Shown here in pieces: positions 1-14,148 of a DNA stretch of 64,000 bases. Position numbers and translations under genes: made by a program. Source of the stretch: Sphagnum compactum (Eukaryota). Under the pieces are notes generated by a model. It made no database searches. It had not been told where the DNA came from and was given only the letters and a program-made list of their open reading frames with translations. The stretch covers positions 10,282,213-10,346,212 of the forward strand of contig OZ234493.1 of assembly GCA_965153455.1 (NCBI GenBank), in the 5' to 3' direction. How positions within the stretch are numbered: the stretch's first letter is position 1; each line of letters begins with the position of its first letter.

Positions 1-2132
1 ATCAATCGTCACCCACCTTCACTAAATCTATTGCACTAACTAGTCTTTAGCTTTGTGATCCACATTTTTCATTCAAGAGCTAACCAAAAACAGCTACAAA
101 CTCGTTCCATCACCAAAACCAATTTAGTAGTTTAACTCAATTGAAGAGTAAACATCAAACACAATAAACCTATAAACAAACAAAACACACCCAAAACACA
201 TAAAAGAATAGTGGACATTAGACTTTCGACACCTTCAACAATTCATGATGAACAATTGTCCTGTATTTTGATGTTTTTTGCCACACACCCATCATTAATT
301 ATGGTTTTTTCTTTCCTTTCATCCACATGCATATACTCACAAAAAGTTCTTAACACTAGTTTTAAGTCACATCATTTTAACCATTCTTGGATGAACTATA
401 ACCCCAATCCCACAACATCCCAAACCTAGTTAGTTTCTAAGCCTTCCCTTTCCACCTACTTCCTTCCCTCCCCTTTCCTTTTGTTTTGGTTGTTGCCATC
501 ACCACCTCTTTCTTTTGCCCCTTTTTCTCTCTTGCCACTACCATCAACATGGAGGTTCAAGTTTGAAGAGGAAGTGCTTGTGCAAGAAAAGCCTCAGTGA
601 TATTCATGGAGGAGAAAAATATTTTACAACTCCAAGTGAATGAAGAAGGTTAAGTTTTTCCTCCTTCTTCCTCCTTCTTTTCCCTCCTTCTTTACTTATT
701 TTTTTGTTATTATTGATGCCCCTTATAACTCTTTTGTCTCCATTGATTTTTGTGGTGTAAATGTGATCATGAAAAAACTTTTGTAATTTTTTTTTTGCTT
801 AATGTTATGTGGACTTATGTTGAAGTTTCCTTTGAGGTGCAATAATTCATGGTTTTCTATTTGCTACATTGCTTGAGAAGTTCTTCTTTATTTATTTTTG
901 GTTTGTGTATCCAACTTGTTAGAAGGGCTTTTGGTTTTTTTTGTTGATCAATGGTCATGTTGTCAGTTTGTTTCAAATGTATCCCCAATAATATAAAAAG
1001 AATATTTTTACTATTTAAAATACACGTGAAAAAAATATACCCAAAATATCAAAAAAGATTTTAAGGGTACTTAATTTGCTAAATTAGCAAATTATGTGAT
1101 ATGGATAAAAACAACAAGATGTGAATTGTTGTGGTTGATTTGTCGTCATTGTTTTCTTGGTTCAATGTGTTGTAATTTGGTTTACCATATTGTGATCCTT
1201 CACATACACACACATAATAGGACCAAATGCAATACCCACATGTGGGTCACAAAATTTGCATTGTTTATTTGGGCTAATTTTACAAAATGTACATCCATTT
1301 TTAATTTTGTATTTAAATGACATATGTTGAAATTTAATGAAAAAAGAAAGAATAAGAAAAACTTGGAAGAGTAAACACTCACCCTAAAAAATAATATCTT
1401 ACAATAAGAAATCCCAAGAAATGAATTAACAATGAGATAGTACACTATTTTAAGCATTTTCCCATTGCTCATCCAAGTTTTTAATGTTATATGAAGATAT
1501 TACAATCATTTAAATACTCCAACATTTTGATATTTATGATTAGAATTTCTAACTACATAAAAATACTACATTTTGCTACCCACCTCTTGTTGAAACCCGT
1601 GTTTAGATGGTGGTTGATAATTTTGTAATGTACCCCAAAAATAAATGTATTGCAATATAGCTTTGTGTAATGTCTACATTTGGGGTTCACCTTATATCAT
1701 CATCAAAGTGTTAAAAAATATTTAAGTGGAAGACACCAAGGTTTTTGTAATCCTTACATGTGGTGATGACAACATTCAATCTTTTTGTGGTGATAGGTTT
1801 AGTAAGTTTAAGGGATAATATGTAGGTAGGCAGGTAGCTGGGCCCATGTGGATAAGGCTATATTAGTGGATAGAAAGCTTAGGTAAATTGTGTAAGTAAG
1901 TAGGTAATCAATATGTAGTAGGTTTGTTGTAAGTAGATAATCAACAAGTAGGTATGTTGTTAAGTAGTTTGCAAATCACTCGGAAAAAAATTGTAATTTA
2001 TGTGGAGGGCACCTTATATTTATCATTTCCTTCCCACTATTGAGGAGTAGGCATAAGAACCCTCCCATTGATACACCCTCCAATTGATACAAAGGTTTGG
2101 TTTATAATAATTTTTGCCTCCTGATTTACGAT

Positions 2133-2243
2133 AGGTAAAGCCTATGGGTGGGGGACATTCTCAACATGTGAGGGTAGATTTGGCTATTACCTCGTCCTAG
2201 GCCTCTTATTTTGAGAATGCTCCCACCCTAGGGCCTTTACCCT
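2133..2243. repeat. Short foldback element / mini-MITE
   Basis: About 40-bp imperfect inverted arms: aggtaaagcctatgggtgggggacattctcaa versus ttgagaatgctcccaccctagggcctttacc, with a short spacer. Confidence 0.6.
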
Positions 2244-3228
2244 ACCTAGAAAAGAGAAGAAAAGTTTTTTTTTATTTTTTTCCTTGGGGGCGGGGGAGGA
2301 GAACAAGAGAAATACAACTAGGTAGAAGTCTTAAATAGAATAACTCAATCAACAAGGTGTGATTAGTTGGGGGAGAAGTATAAGATGCAAAAATGACGAC
2401 ATCCAATAGATAAAACAACCAACTAGTGTGCTAGCGGGTGCAAGTTCACTATGGCCTGGATAGAACAGCTCTAACATCCTTCAATGAATTATTAATTCAT
2501 CATTTAAACCGTTTTTCTAATTTTGAGATATAACTCTTACTTATCACTAATTGTGGTCAGAAATACAACTTTAAGGTACCTAAGGTGGAGGCATTTCCAA
2601 AAGTACAGGGCCTAGGTAAGGCCCCAAGCATGACAGCCATTTCCCAAATTAGGGGCCTAGGTTAAAAAAAACCCCAGGTTGAGGGCATTTCCAAAGTAAA
2701 GGGCCTAAGTAAGGTCCCAAGTTGAGGGCGTTCCGAAAGTAAAGGACTCCGGAGGAGGGGTCTAGTGGAGGCCTTTGTGTGTGCAGGGCATTCCTGAAAT
2801 AATAATGGGCTTAAAAAAGATGAGGTAATTTGGACAAATAAATAGGCTTTATTAATTGGCTCATGGCATTGAATGGCGCAATAAATAAATAAATAAATAA
2901 ATAGTAAGGTCATGGAGCGCACCCCCCGAAACTGTACTTGTTCCCCAAGTTTTCTTGTTTTAAATGAAAGCTCATTAACCGCCGCTCCACGCCTGTTGGT
3001 AAATAATTAACTGTACGTATTTTTAGCATTCAAACGAGGAGATACCCCCATTAACGTTAATTACATGAGTTAATTTACTCGTCTTGTTCCTTTGAACGTT
3101 GCTATCTCTCCGTCGTCTATTGCGTTAAGAAGCTCAATCACTACCAACTAACTAGCCGAACTAACGTACAAAGTACCTACCTGTACGCTGCACATTATTT
3201 ACTAACCTGTCAGTTATCAGCTAGTTAA

Positions 3229-3441
3229 GGTGCGTTCACACTTGGTGCTAGGGACCTATAGTGTTGAGTTGCCCTAACACCAAGTAGCCATTTAAAATTA
3301 AAACCTAGTTATCATGCAAAATTTTATGTTAAACTAACATACACTTAACATTAAACCATCACCCATTTAACATTATGTGCCACCTAGGATGCCACCTAGA
3401 TTTTCATTTAACACTGACTTAACATCAAGTGTGAATGCACC
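3229..3441. mobile_element. MITE with ~22-bp TIRs
   Basis: Left ggtgcgttcacacttggtgcta matches the reverse complement of right taacatcaagtgtgaatgcacc. Flanks are ttaa / ataa (TA-rich TSD). Confidence 0.7.
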
Positions 3442-3869
3442 ATAATGTCAAGTAGTGGTACCTAGTTAATTCAACACCTGCTCAAAATTGTTCAGATATT
3501 TTTATTTCAACAGCCCAAAGAAACGCAATTGGGCTGCCCTAAATTTTGTGATGAATGCTTTTCTTCAGAATTTGAATTACCCTATATTACCTTGGCAGCT
3601 TCAACACTAAATATTTTATATTAGAAATGTTGAAAATTTTAACTTTTTAAAAAAAAAATTGTGAAGGAAAATATTGAATCTTTAAGAATATTCTATGTGT
3701 CAAAATGAAAAAAAATAAAAATAAATTAATTATTTGACAAACATGTGTCTAAGCTGTCAATATACTACAGTACCTACCTCAAGTCCCAAATTTATAGGAA
3801 TAAGGGCCCATGTGAGGCAAAGTCGAGTGCACACCCATTTCTGGTAAAGCCCATGGTTGAGGGCTTTAC

Positions 3870-4147
3870 CAAGTGTAAAGACTTGCACTGATTTTTAATT
3901 TTTTAATTTGTTTCACATTATATCTGGCACATATCATTGAGAAAAACCAAATTGCATCAGAGCATTTCAAAAAACAGAATGCCCACTGCATGGAACCCTG
4001 GCAGCAGGGCGGGCATTCTTTTTTCAAATGCCCTGACAAATAGACATTCCATTTTTTGAAATGCCCCACAAACAATTGAAGGAAAAATACTCTCTATGAG
4101 ATGCTCTTCGGTCACACTCGAAAAATCAGTGCAGGTCTTTACAACTG
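3870..4147. mobile_element. Composite MITE: 27-bp TIR element containing a Harbinger-like foldback (3959-4107)
   Basis: caagtgtaaagacttgcactgattttt (3870-3896) versus aaaaatcagtgcaggtctttacaactg (4121-4147). Internal agagcatttcaaaaaa..gaatgccc is inverted against gggcattcttttttcaaatgccctg. No convincing TSD. Confidence 0.6.
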
Positions 4148-4974
4148 AGTTGATGTGTAATTTTCCACTGGTTTTTATGCACTGGTGACATGATCATGAA
4201 TTTGGATGTGAAAGAAAAGGTAAAATCATCACGATGCTTAACTTGTTTATTTGTTTGTTGTTGTTGGATTCTTAGAAACAACAGACTCTAGATCAAAGCG
4301 TGGGGGATAATTGTGAAATAAGCAGGTAATAATACACAAGGGTCCAAGGATCAAAAGCCTAGGGATCAATTTGAAGCAAATTGAAGCTTGAATTGGACCA
4401 TTTTTTCATATTAAAAATCAATAAAATTTCTAAGGTATGATGAGTGTATTCAAAGGCTTGAGGTCCAATTCGAAGGTCCAATATTGAAAATGTGTGATTG
4501 ACATGTGAGAGAATTGGGTTAACTTTTGGTCCTTTTTTGTTTTCTTCTTTTTTTTCATGGTTTTTTGAATTTTTTGTTTTATTTTACTTTTTTACCTCTT
4601 ACTACACATAATGGATGAACGTAGGCACAAAATATTGGTGGCTCTTGTTTTTACTATGGCCATGCATTGAGTGATTGCACACGTGGTTGAATTGTAATGA
4701 ATAGCTATTGGACAACATTGGCGTATGGTGAGTGCAATGTTGTTTTTCATAGAATTTGTTGACATGACATTAGAAGTTTGCAACATGTGAAGGTATAATT
4801 ATGAGTGGGTAGGAAATATCCACGATTGGGTTTTTTTTCCAAAAATAGATTAAAAAATTGTGTGATGAAAGGCAAATTCTTACCTTATAAGTTGATAAGA
4901 AATAGTTGCTTATCCAATGCAACCACAGTTTTATTCCCCTTTCAAAGGTGAAAAATATGGATTGCCAATACAAA

Positions 4975-5447
4975 ACACATTGGAATTTTATATAATCTAG
5001 TACAAGGATGCCAGTGGAAAGAACTTTTGGAATGTTGAAAGGTAGATTTAGAATTTTACTATAGACATTCCATTATGCCACATGTTAGATTTGGTCATGA
5101 CTTGCATATGTTTGCACATGTGTATTGTTAACTCGAATGGTTTTGATGTGGACTGGGTTTTAGAGGCTCAAAAAAATGTACAAATTGAAACAAATACAAG
5201 ATTTGGGAACTTGAAATGAATTGATATTTTCAAGGTGGCTGAAGAAACAATCAAACAAGTGAAAAGGTTACAAAATTTAGGGATGGTGGATGGAGATGAT
5301 AAAAATAACATGGAAGACATGGAAAACATAGAACATCAAGGTGAAAATGAAGTTCACATGTTAACAACCATGGAAAATATTTCCCAACAAGAAAATAAAA
5401 GAAGAAAAACTCAAGAGGATGTTGATAGAAGTTATGGCAACTCATGA
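4975..5447 (+). pseudogene. PIF/Harbinger DDE nuclease C-terminal relic
   Basis: 4981-5061 translates WNFI*SSTRMPVERTFGMLKGRFRILL, matching the HARBI1-family VERxFGxLKxRFxxL motif. A CICLH motif and an acidic tail follow. Stops and frameshifts are present. Confidence 0.7.
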
Positions 5448-8400
5448 GAATTTAGCAAAAAACCTCTTTGAATTCAATTTGACAAAAAAAATAAAAATAG
5501 TGCCTTTCTAAATACATTTGATTTTGGGTCAAAATGTGATGAATGATTCATAGGTTCACATCGTATGTAACTTACAATTTATATATGAAACATTCAATTT
5601 GGGCATCCATGTTTTTGAAGTAATACATTGGTATTAGTAAATTTTATAAGATGGTTGTACTATTTTCAGCCATGGTTAAAAAAATTAAGCTTTTGTTTTT
5701 TGTTCACTTTTTAAACTTCATTCGGGGTGAGAAGTTTTTCCATTGGCTTCTTAATACCCTCATCTCTTGAAGCATTATCAAAATCTATTTAGGATTTTGG
5801 ACTACCTACAACTTCTTTGAAATCACTTGAAATAAATATGGTTTGGTGGTTTCTCCTTTCCTTTCCCCCAAGGAGATGAAGTTTCAATCCCCATAATGGT
5901 TGAATTAAACAAGGGTGAATGGGGAGAAAGGGGGGTAAAGGCAAAAAAAAAGGCAAAAGATCCAATTGGTTCAATCTAAATATGATTTTTTGCAAAAATA
6001 ATTTTTACTTACAATTTTTAGACCTGAAATCAAATCAAACATAGTTAAGGTTTCAAAGTTGACAAAAAATTTAAAGGATGAAGACAAAATTTACCTTTTT
6101 TTTTTTTGTATTTTTTTGCAAATTCAATATCTATTTCTCCTTTTAAAGTAACGAGGTGTAGTATTTTGAGAAATTGAATTAAACCATTAAAAAAATCCTC
6201 ATTTTTTAAAGGATTTTTTGATTTCTTTCCAAACTCTAAAGGCATGTAAATTTTTTGTCATAATATTGTAAAATTGAGTTTTTTTATGTCACAATTTCAA
6301 ATGTCCTTGCAATATACTAAACTAATTTTTTTTGGCATTAATTGTAAACAAAGGTTACGTTTAAAGGACTTATTAGTAGCTAGGCCTATTGAATAAAAGG
6401 ATTGAGAAAATGGATACCTCATTGTTTAGTCTTCAAGGTAAACTTTTGACCTATTCACATCAAACATGATTTGACATTCAAAATTGTTTCTTGAAAATGA
6501 ATATGGACAATGTGTGGTGACAAATTTTTTATCGTTTTAAAAAATAATATTTCACTCTTGTTCACTCTAGAAATGCAATGAAAGACAAGTGTCATATGTT
6601 TTAATCTAGTCTATTTCAAAAAGAAATTTGATGTTGATGTAAATGGATGTTTTGAAATTATGAATGAAGCTCAACAATATTTTGTTTTCAAGCATCATGA
6701 ACACAAATCAAGAAAACACCACACAAGAACAAAACATACAAAAATTAGCAAAACACAAACACAAACAAAAGAAATTGTTCTCTCACACAATACTAATTTT
6801 TTTGATGATGATACCTTACACTTTTTTTTTTTTCCCTTAATAGCATTAGCTTATCATTGACAAGATGCTTGGAGTATTATGGGGAAGATGATCTTAAAAC
6901 ATCTCAATCACATTGCTTTAAAAAGACCTAAATGCCAAATTTAAGATGATTCTTACACTAAGTTATTGTAAAATATCAAATTGGACTAACATTTTCATCA
7001 AAATTTGTTCAATAAACAATAATGTCAAAAAAAATGATTGTTACTACTTGATTCATTGCATTTATAAGCCACACATTGATTATTATTGATTGGTTAACCA
7101 TAATGATTAACCCATGTGTGGGCTTGTAAATCCTTCCTCAATGTATAATGTTCAATATTTATTATTTAAAAATGAAGAAGGACAAAAGTTCAACACTATA
7201 TTTGAATGTAATAAATATTAATATAACTTCAAATATAGTGTAGGAATGGAGATGTTTTTAGCAATAACAATGAAAAAATGTCATCAACAATCGCTTGAAG
7301 GTTGGGAAAGAAGAAAGAGGTCTCATTATACCAATAAACCTCAATTGGATATACGCAAATCAATTGGAAGTTCTTAGCAAAATAGGATGTCTTGGATAAC
7401 ACTTAACAAATATTGTTATATTTAAAATTTTGATTTTCCATATTTTGTTGCATTTTGAAGGCCAAAGGAAACATGTATTTATTCACCTTTCAATCAAATT
7501 CTATTACCTATTTATTCATTTGAAGATTGATCTTTTGGCACCAAAAGACATGCAATGCATTTTGATAAATAACATCCTCACATTTTATTTTTCAAACTTT
7601 GTTTCAAAGAAGTGTTTGTTTTTTCATTGTCACCAAAGTTGTAATTATTTGTCTATAAAACCATTTAACAAAATTTTGGTTATAATCCAATTATGAAAGT
7701 AAAAAAAATGTAAAGATCATTTTATATTCTTGGCTATTGGAATGAATTGTAAAAACGTTTAGCATTTGATTTTTTTCTTGAAATTTGGCCAATGTGGGCC
7801 ATATTTTCCATGAAAAACCCTTTGAATAAGTAGAAATTAATTAAAAAAATGCAAGTCAAATTTTGAAAAAAATTCACCAAAAATAAAATCATGGCTTTAA
7901 AACCTAGAATGCTTTCTAACAATGGCAGCTTAAATGTTAATTATATTATTTCAAAAATGCTAACATTTTTAACAAGTATGTTTTTCAAAGAAAAAAATTT
8001 CATGAAGGAAGGTAAAAAATCTTTTGTATCATTTTGAAATATCCTAGTTTTTGACATAGCTTCTTCATAATAAAATAATTGTTCTACAAAGAAATGTTGA
8101 ACCTACCATGATATTATGGTATAAATTCAAAACTTAAACAACCCTTGTTGAAAAATACTTTGACAACGGTCACCTCCCAAATTCCAATTAACTTGGAAAA
8201 GAACTAATACTTAAGGCCACTTTAGATAAAGGTCCAAGGAGCAAGGTCTAATGAATCGAGCATTCTTATTGTTCAAGAGCTTTAAATTGGTTCAAAGTCC
8301 TTTAGACAAGGGTCCAAGACCAAGAAAATTGTGGTTTAGCCAACATGGTATGATTTTGGAGGGAAAACCAATTGGTTTAAATAAATAAAAAAAGAGCTTA

Positions 8401-10485
8401 AAGGAAAGCTCATGGTTTGGAAAACTAAAGTGCAAAATAGGTCCAAGATTATTTATTTATTTGTTTTTTGTCCTTTCCACAAAATTAGTTATTGTTTATG
8501 TTAGAGAAGGCTTTATCTTCAAAAACTTTCATAGCAATATTCAAACTATTCACCTCATAATTATTGTTTAAATTTTTGAAAAGGTCTAAAGATATGCCTT
8601 TCTTTTATACTATCTGCATGAAGTGTTGACAAATTCAAGCATTTCCATCTACTTGCCCTATAAAACCAGTATAAGTTGTACATTTGTGAGGACATGTACA
8701 TTATGAACTGAGATGATAAATTCGCTTAAAAAGTTTGAAAATCACCTTTTTTTTAAGACTTTGTGTGTAGTAATGGTAAAAGAAAAACCAAGGAAAAATG
8801 TTGATAATAACAATGCGCATTGCCTCTAGGAATCAAAGAGGTAGATCACACATAATTTATTTTTTTTATAGCCTTCTATGAAATTTGAAGAATGTCATTG
8901 ATTACTATCACAACTTGATAAGGACATACAAAAACATAACATCATTTCATAATTTCATAAGAATGTATTTAATATTTGAAAATTAAAAAAAAGTTTTACA
9001 ATTTCCAAGAAATATAAAGGGCAATGTGTGTGAATACTTATAGAAGTCTAAAGGTTTTGGGTAACACCTATGAATTTTTTTGTGAATTTTTTATATAGGG
9101 CATGACAAATAAGGGAACTTAAACCTCATTATTAAGCTATAAATTTGATTCCATTATTATGAGTCCTAATGAAATTTCTTTCATTATCTTGTAACCATCT
9201 TTTTACCAATTTAGGACTTTTCAACGTCATTTTTACTTTGATGTTTTTATCATAGCTCATGTCCTTGATGATGTAACTTCGTGAAATTTTTCAAATCCTC
9301 AAAACTGATAAAACAAAATTTATAGAGTGTGTAAACCTTGCCCCATTAGTCTGAGGCCATTTAAGGGGCTTTGTGTTGTGGTTGTTAATGTACCACAATG
9401 TTTTTACAAATGGCTTACGCTTTTTTGCAACTTACAAAGTCCTTGGCAACTTTGGGTTGACAACTTGACTTTCCAAGTATGTAGTGGAGATGATCTAAAA
9501 CATTGCAAGGTTGTAACAACATAAACATACTTTCCACAAGTTTTCAAATATGTTTTTTTTGATAATTTTTTTGTTTGTTATAATCGAGTCATGGAATGGA
9601 CAAACCAAACATCAGTATGAAGTTTTTAAAAAATGCAAATAGGTGCCAAGTCTTCAAATGGCATCTGCAACTCTTTCGTGAGACATTTTTTCTATGTAAT
9701 TAGAGTGGGGTTGAATAGGAATATGTATTTATTTTGATAGGCCAATGAAAGGAAATAATTCATAATATTTGGTGTCAAAATTTGACTTTCAAGGACCGAG
9801 TTAAACAACAAACCCTTTTTTCTTGTTTAAACATAGGATCAAGGATGGGAAAAACTAATTTCATGTGTTCATCATATTTTGGAGAAGGTCCACCAAATCA
9901 CACTCCCTTTTCTAAGGTATTTTTCCCATTTCCCAATTTGGGAGTGTATGTAAAAAAAGTTTTGGCAACAATTTTTTTTGAGGGTGAAAAATAATCAATA
10001 GGTGACATTAATTCCCTTTTCAAATGAAAATTCTTTTCTCTTTAAAAAAATTTGCCTAATAACACCCAATTATTCTTCTGGAAGAGTGTTGCTACAGTTA
10101 TTGCTTTAATGGTCATTGACAAAATTGTCACCAATTAAAGCAAAATACATTTGGGGATACTATGATTACATTACAAAATTGGAAAAAAGGATTTAATGAT
10201 AATAATGTTTTTTCTCTTTGAACACAACAACAAACTCAATTCCCAAGCTGTTGGATATTTTCAAGTCATCCAACACTATGTTAGAAGATACATCCTCATC
10301 AATGGGTTTGAACTCATGACCTTTGTGTTACAAAGAACACGATAACATTATACCATTACCTTGAGGGGGGCACAACTATCCTTTTGCTCAATCTAAGCTA
10401 CAAAACTTTACTATTTATCCCATATTAAATGTAGACACATTGGGTCATTCCAAAGGATAAAACAAATGCCATCTATCATTAAACA

Positions 10486-10984
10486 CTAGCGTAGCCTATG
10501 CGATTGGCACCAATGTGAACACATTGAGGGTTCAACTTAACCCACTTTCTGCAATTTGTTTGAATTTCCAGCAACAAAATCCACTCAAAAATCAATATCT
10601 TCCATACTTCAGCTCTGAAAATTGTGAAATAAACTCTATTAAATCTGACTTGCCAACTTCCAACAACACCAAGAACACCCCCAAATTCCAATATAGATTT
10701 CAGTTTTGATTTTATTTGGTTTTCATTAAGAAAATGGTTCAATAATCAAATGACACATCCCAATCTGTCTAAAAATTTCAGAGCTATAGTTTAACTTTTT
10801 TATTAAAAAAAAATCAATATTCAAAAAACTTTTACATGGCAAGTCCAAACATCGTGAAACAAAGCCGATGCACCCCTCCTCATCCAGAGCTTTCCAAAGC
10901 TACCAAGAAGATGATCTGAAACACCCCAGTTTGATAAATCTCATAATTAGGAAACAAAACAAACTACCTTGCTTCATGGATAGA
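10486..10984 (-). mobile_element. Non-autonomous Helitron-like element
   Basis: The minus strand reads A|TCTATCCATGAAG...GCCAATCGCATAGGCTACGCTAG|T: 5' TC, 3' CTAG, a weak subterminal hairpin, and insertion between A and T with no TSD. Homologous to 49027-49429. Confidence 0.65.
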
Positions 10985-11014
10985 TATGCGATATGTGCAT
11001 GCTTCTAATTGTGC

Positions 11015-11334
11015 AACAAGGGGTGTGTCACACTGTGGCTTTGCCATTTACATTAAAAAGTATCTTAAGGCAAAAGAAGAATTATGAAAACTCAAATATT
11101 TCAGCATGCAAAAATATAATCTTCAGAAAAGCCTCTAAAATAAACCAAAATCCTTCACGATATTATAACTCAATAACTAATCTCAAGTTTCAACACGATC
11201 CAACATATCATCGTTCAAAAATGCTCATATAAAAATAGACCTATTATTACCTAGGGGCCAAAATCCCTTAAGCTACTATACTCTGTAATGAATCTAAACA
11301 CAATACCATCCTTGCCTTGGTAGGCAAGGCCAAC
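11015..11334 (-). mobile_element. Helentron/Helitron2-associated non-autonomous element (HINE-like), copy 1
   Basis: Sub-terminal inverted repeats tggctttgcc (11036-11045) / ggcaaggcca (11323-11332). Perfect hairpin ccttgcct-tggt-aggcaagg (11310-11329) and palindrome gtgtgtcacac at the other end. A clear second copy lies inverted at 36121-36432. Confidence 0.55.
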
Positions 11335-12238
11335 AAAAGTGAGTAGTAAGTACACATGAGGCATGAGAATGAAAAGGTTGAGCAATAAGTGCTGGATACT
11401 AATTACTAAAAACTATATTATATTATATTCACATACCCATTAGTTGCAGTAGAATTAGTACCCACAAACTCGCTGGCTGGTTAAGTCCTTGTGTACCATA
11501 TTCTCATAATACAACTTGCATCATTAATTCATTAGTTAATTACTTTGCAAACGGTGGGTAGGTAGGTAGAGGGGGGTCTGGTTGTTGTCTTTTCCATTTT
11601 TGTAGTGTAATTTTGGGCTAGGTAGGTGACACTCCAATTCAGGTCTGTGTATGCTTCGTGGGGGAGGGAGTTGGTTTTTTTTAAAAAAAATTTTTAATTT
11701 TGTTTAGGTGTGTGTGTGTGTGTCTGTTGGGGGGGGGGGAGGGGAAGGGTAATTTGGCTGTTATTTATTGTTGTCTCTCTGAGAAGTAGGCGTCTTTTGT
11801 CCTTTTAGGGGCCTTAATTTGACTTGGGAGGATTTTGTGCAAATTCAAATAAAGCAAATTAAAGGTAAGGTAAAGGTTGGGGGGTTTTGGAAGGTTACAT
11901 AAATTTTATTATTTTTGCTTTCTGTGTTTTTGTGAGTTCGCAGTTTTGGGTTTTCTTGAGAAGCTTGCTTTTCCGCAGTTGCAATACATCTCTCTTGGAA
12001 CAACAGGCATTCTAAGCAGAAAATGTATATATGTGTTTCTCTAACCATCGCTGTAAGACTGCTCCTCATGCATCATCCTACGCGCAAGCTGCTTCGTCTT
12101 TGTTAGAGATTTGTCGTCCCTGTCTTACAAACAGGAGTTTTTTCTCTGCTCGAAAGCTCACCGGCCATTGTTTCTGGACATACATACGCCTCCAATTGTT
12201 GAAGGGAGTAGCTAAACTGGTTTTCTGCATTGATGTGC

Positions 12239-12369
12239 GTAAGTTTTTTCTCCCTCCTCATAGTACTTCTCTCGTAGTCTAGAGTATAAACCCAGGAACA
12301 CCATTGCAAATGCAAATCGCTAATTTCTTGTTTCTTATTAGTCGTCTCTTCTTGTCTTGTTCTTTGCAG
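12239..12369 (+). other. Probable 5'-UTR intron of the CRF gene
   Basis: Donor GTAAGT at 12239, branch-like GCTAAT near 12319, pyrimidine tract, and TTTGCAG|G acceptor ending at 12369, about 130 nt upstream of the ATG. Confidence 0.6.
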
Positions 12370-12498
12370 GTGCGACACTCATCATCGCTTGAGAGTAGTC
12401 GATGTCACTTGTGTGGACGATAGAAGCGACTAGCAAGCAGCCGCCGTAGTGATACCAGTCCATAACGGCGTCATTGGGCAAGCAGAAACGTGGTAGGC

Positions 12499-14148
12499 AT
12501 GCCAGGACCTCAGTCCTTTAGTTCTAGAAACTTGACTCTCTCGCACAAGTACAGCACACAACTGCCGAAGATCAGCAAAAAGATTGTCAAACGAGAGCTG
12601 TTGACAGACTCGGAGGAGGACGAGGAGTTGAATGACTCCACGAGGCCTAAGAAATTAGTTCGAGTGATTTGCACGGATCCTGATGCCACCGACTCCTCTA
12701 GCGATGAAGAAGAAGGTAACCGTTTGATCCGCCGTTGTTATAACCATTCCACTGGACTCTTCCAGTTCCGTGCAGAAAGCGCTCATTTTTCCTTTTCTGA
12801 TAGCGAAGACGAGGCAGAACTCCCGAGCTACTATTCTGTCTTCACCGCAACTGCAATGAAATGTGGGCTCAATTGTGCAAGCTCTGATCTTGCAACCACA
12901 AGGTCCGAGATCAAAGAGCCGAGTACCCATGAGTCTCTCAAGAGTCTTTGCCAAACCAAAAGATCACCCGAGCTGAGAAAGCAGCTGGTAGCCAAGAAAC
13001 CCAGCAAGAAAGATAGGTCAGAGAAAAGCAGCATTGTCGCCACCCGTTTGTCTGCATCGCTGATCACCAGCAACACTGGCTCTCATGTAGAAGCTGCTCA
13101 GCTGCTGAAGACAGGAGAAGGGCGACTAGGATCAAAGCCCCCTAAGTACAGGGGCGTGAGACAAAGGCCATGGGGAAAGTGGGCAGCCGAGATCCGGGAT
13201 CCTTTCAAAGGGCTGCGCCTGTGGCTCGGAACCTACGACACAGCAGAGGAAGCAGCTCGAGCTTATGACAAAGCAGCGAGGGAAATCAGAGGTCCGCAAG
13301 CGCAGACAAATTTCGAAAACTGGGTGCAGGTGCAGTCTGATATGCCCTCAGCAGCTGCAGGTGCAGATCTTTTGCACGAAGAAGCCGCAGAGATCAAGCT
13401 AGTGAAGAACCTGCTAGAAAACAGATCAGGAATGCCAGAAGGTCATCAGCAACAACCAGTTGAAGTTCCTTCTGACATGACTGCCATCCATGATCAGCTG
13501 GAAGATCAGCCCAGCCATACACCAGCGACAAGATCATCGGCTGGCTCGACTGAGATTCCTTCTAGTTTCTGTGGACTTAATAATGTAGAATCAAGGGGCA
13601 ATGCAGCAGACTCTGTTGGGGGAGAAGTTGGAGTAGAGGCTGAGAAATGCTCTGAGATTTATGATCAGAGTGGTTTGTTTGTGTGCTTGTCATCCGGTTC
13701 TGAGAATTCAATGTGTGATCAATTCTTGAGAGCTGGAGAATCTGAGGACTCCTTTGAAGGATGCCTTTCAGAAACTGCAGTCTGTGATCTGCCTCAAGAA
13801 AGGATAGAAGAATCATGTGCTACAACAGAGGGACTGCAGGTCAGTGATCACTGCACTAGTGATCCTGAACCACATCTAATTGATCAGGTTATAGCAGAAA
13901 ACAGCATCCCACGGGAAGAACATAACTTGAGTATAGATATTCTCTCACAGGACTACTTTGAAGATGCAGACTTCATCTTTGATATGTCAAGTTGTCTACA
14001 AGGAGAACCATTGATGGATTTCTCTGCAATCAGCTTTGATCCTCTTGATGATGAGGCAGGAGGTGACATTGCAGATTTGGTCTTTGATGACAACAGGACC
14101 AACAATTGGTTTGCAGCTGCTGCCAGTGATATCCCAGCTGTTGCTTGA
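12499..14148 (+). CDS. AP2/ERF transcription factor, cytokinin response factor (CRF)-type, ~549 aa, single coding exon
   Basis: Uninterrupted ORF; the first ATG is at 12499 (the ORF track starts at GTG 12490). CRF motif [23 protein letters not shown]2 domain [52 protein letters not shown], and an acidic C-terminus. Confidence 0.95.
   Translation: MPGPQSFSSRNLTLSHKYSTQLPKISKKIVKRELLTDSEEDEELNDSTRPKKLVRVICTDPDATDSSSDEEEGNRLIRRCYNHSTGLFQFRAESAHFSFSDSEDEAELPSYYSVFTATAMKCGLNCASSDLATTRSEIKEPSTHESLKSLCQTKRSPELRKQLVAKKPSKKDRSEKSSIVATRLSASLITSNTGSHVEAAQLLKTGEGRLGSKPPKYRGVRQRPWGKWAAEIRDPFKGLRLWLGTYDTAEEAARAYDKAAREIRGPQAQTNFENWVQVQSDMPSAAAGADLLHEEAAEIKLVKNLLENRSGMPEGHQQQPVEVPSDMTAIHDQLEDQPSHTPATRSSAGSTEIPSSFCGLNNVESRGNAADSVGGEVGVEAEKCSEIYDQSGLFVCLSSGSENSMCDQFLRAGESEDSFEGCLSETAVCDLPQERIEESCATTEGLQVSDHCTSDPEPHLIDQVIAENSIPREEHNLSIDILSQDYFEDADFIFDMSSCLQGEPLMDFSAISFDPLDDEAGGDIADLVFDDNRTNNWFAAAASDIPAVA

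Noticed and set aside
10294-10360. tRNA-like or SINE head on the minus strand (B-box-like ggtcatgagttcaaaccc)
   Set aside because: Too degenerate to fold a cloverleaf; at best an old SINE or tRNA remnant.
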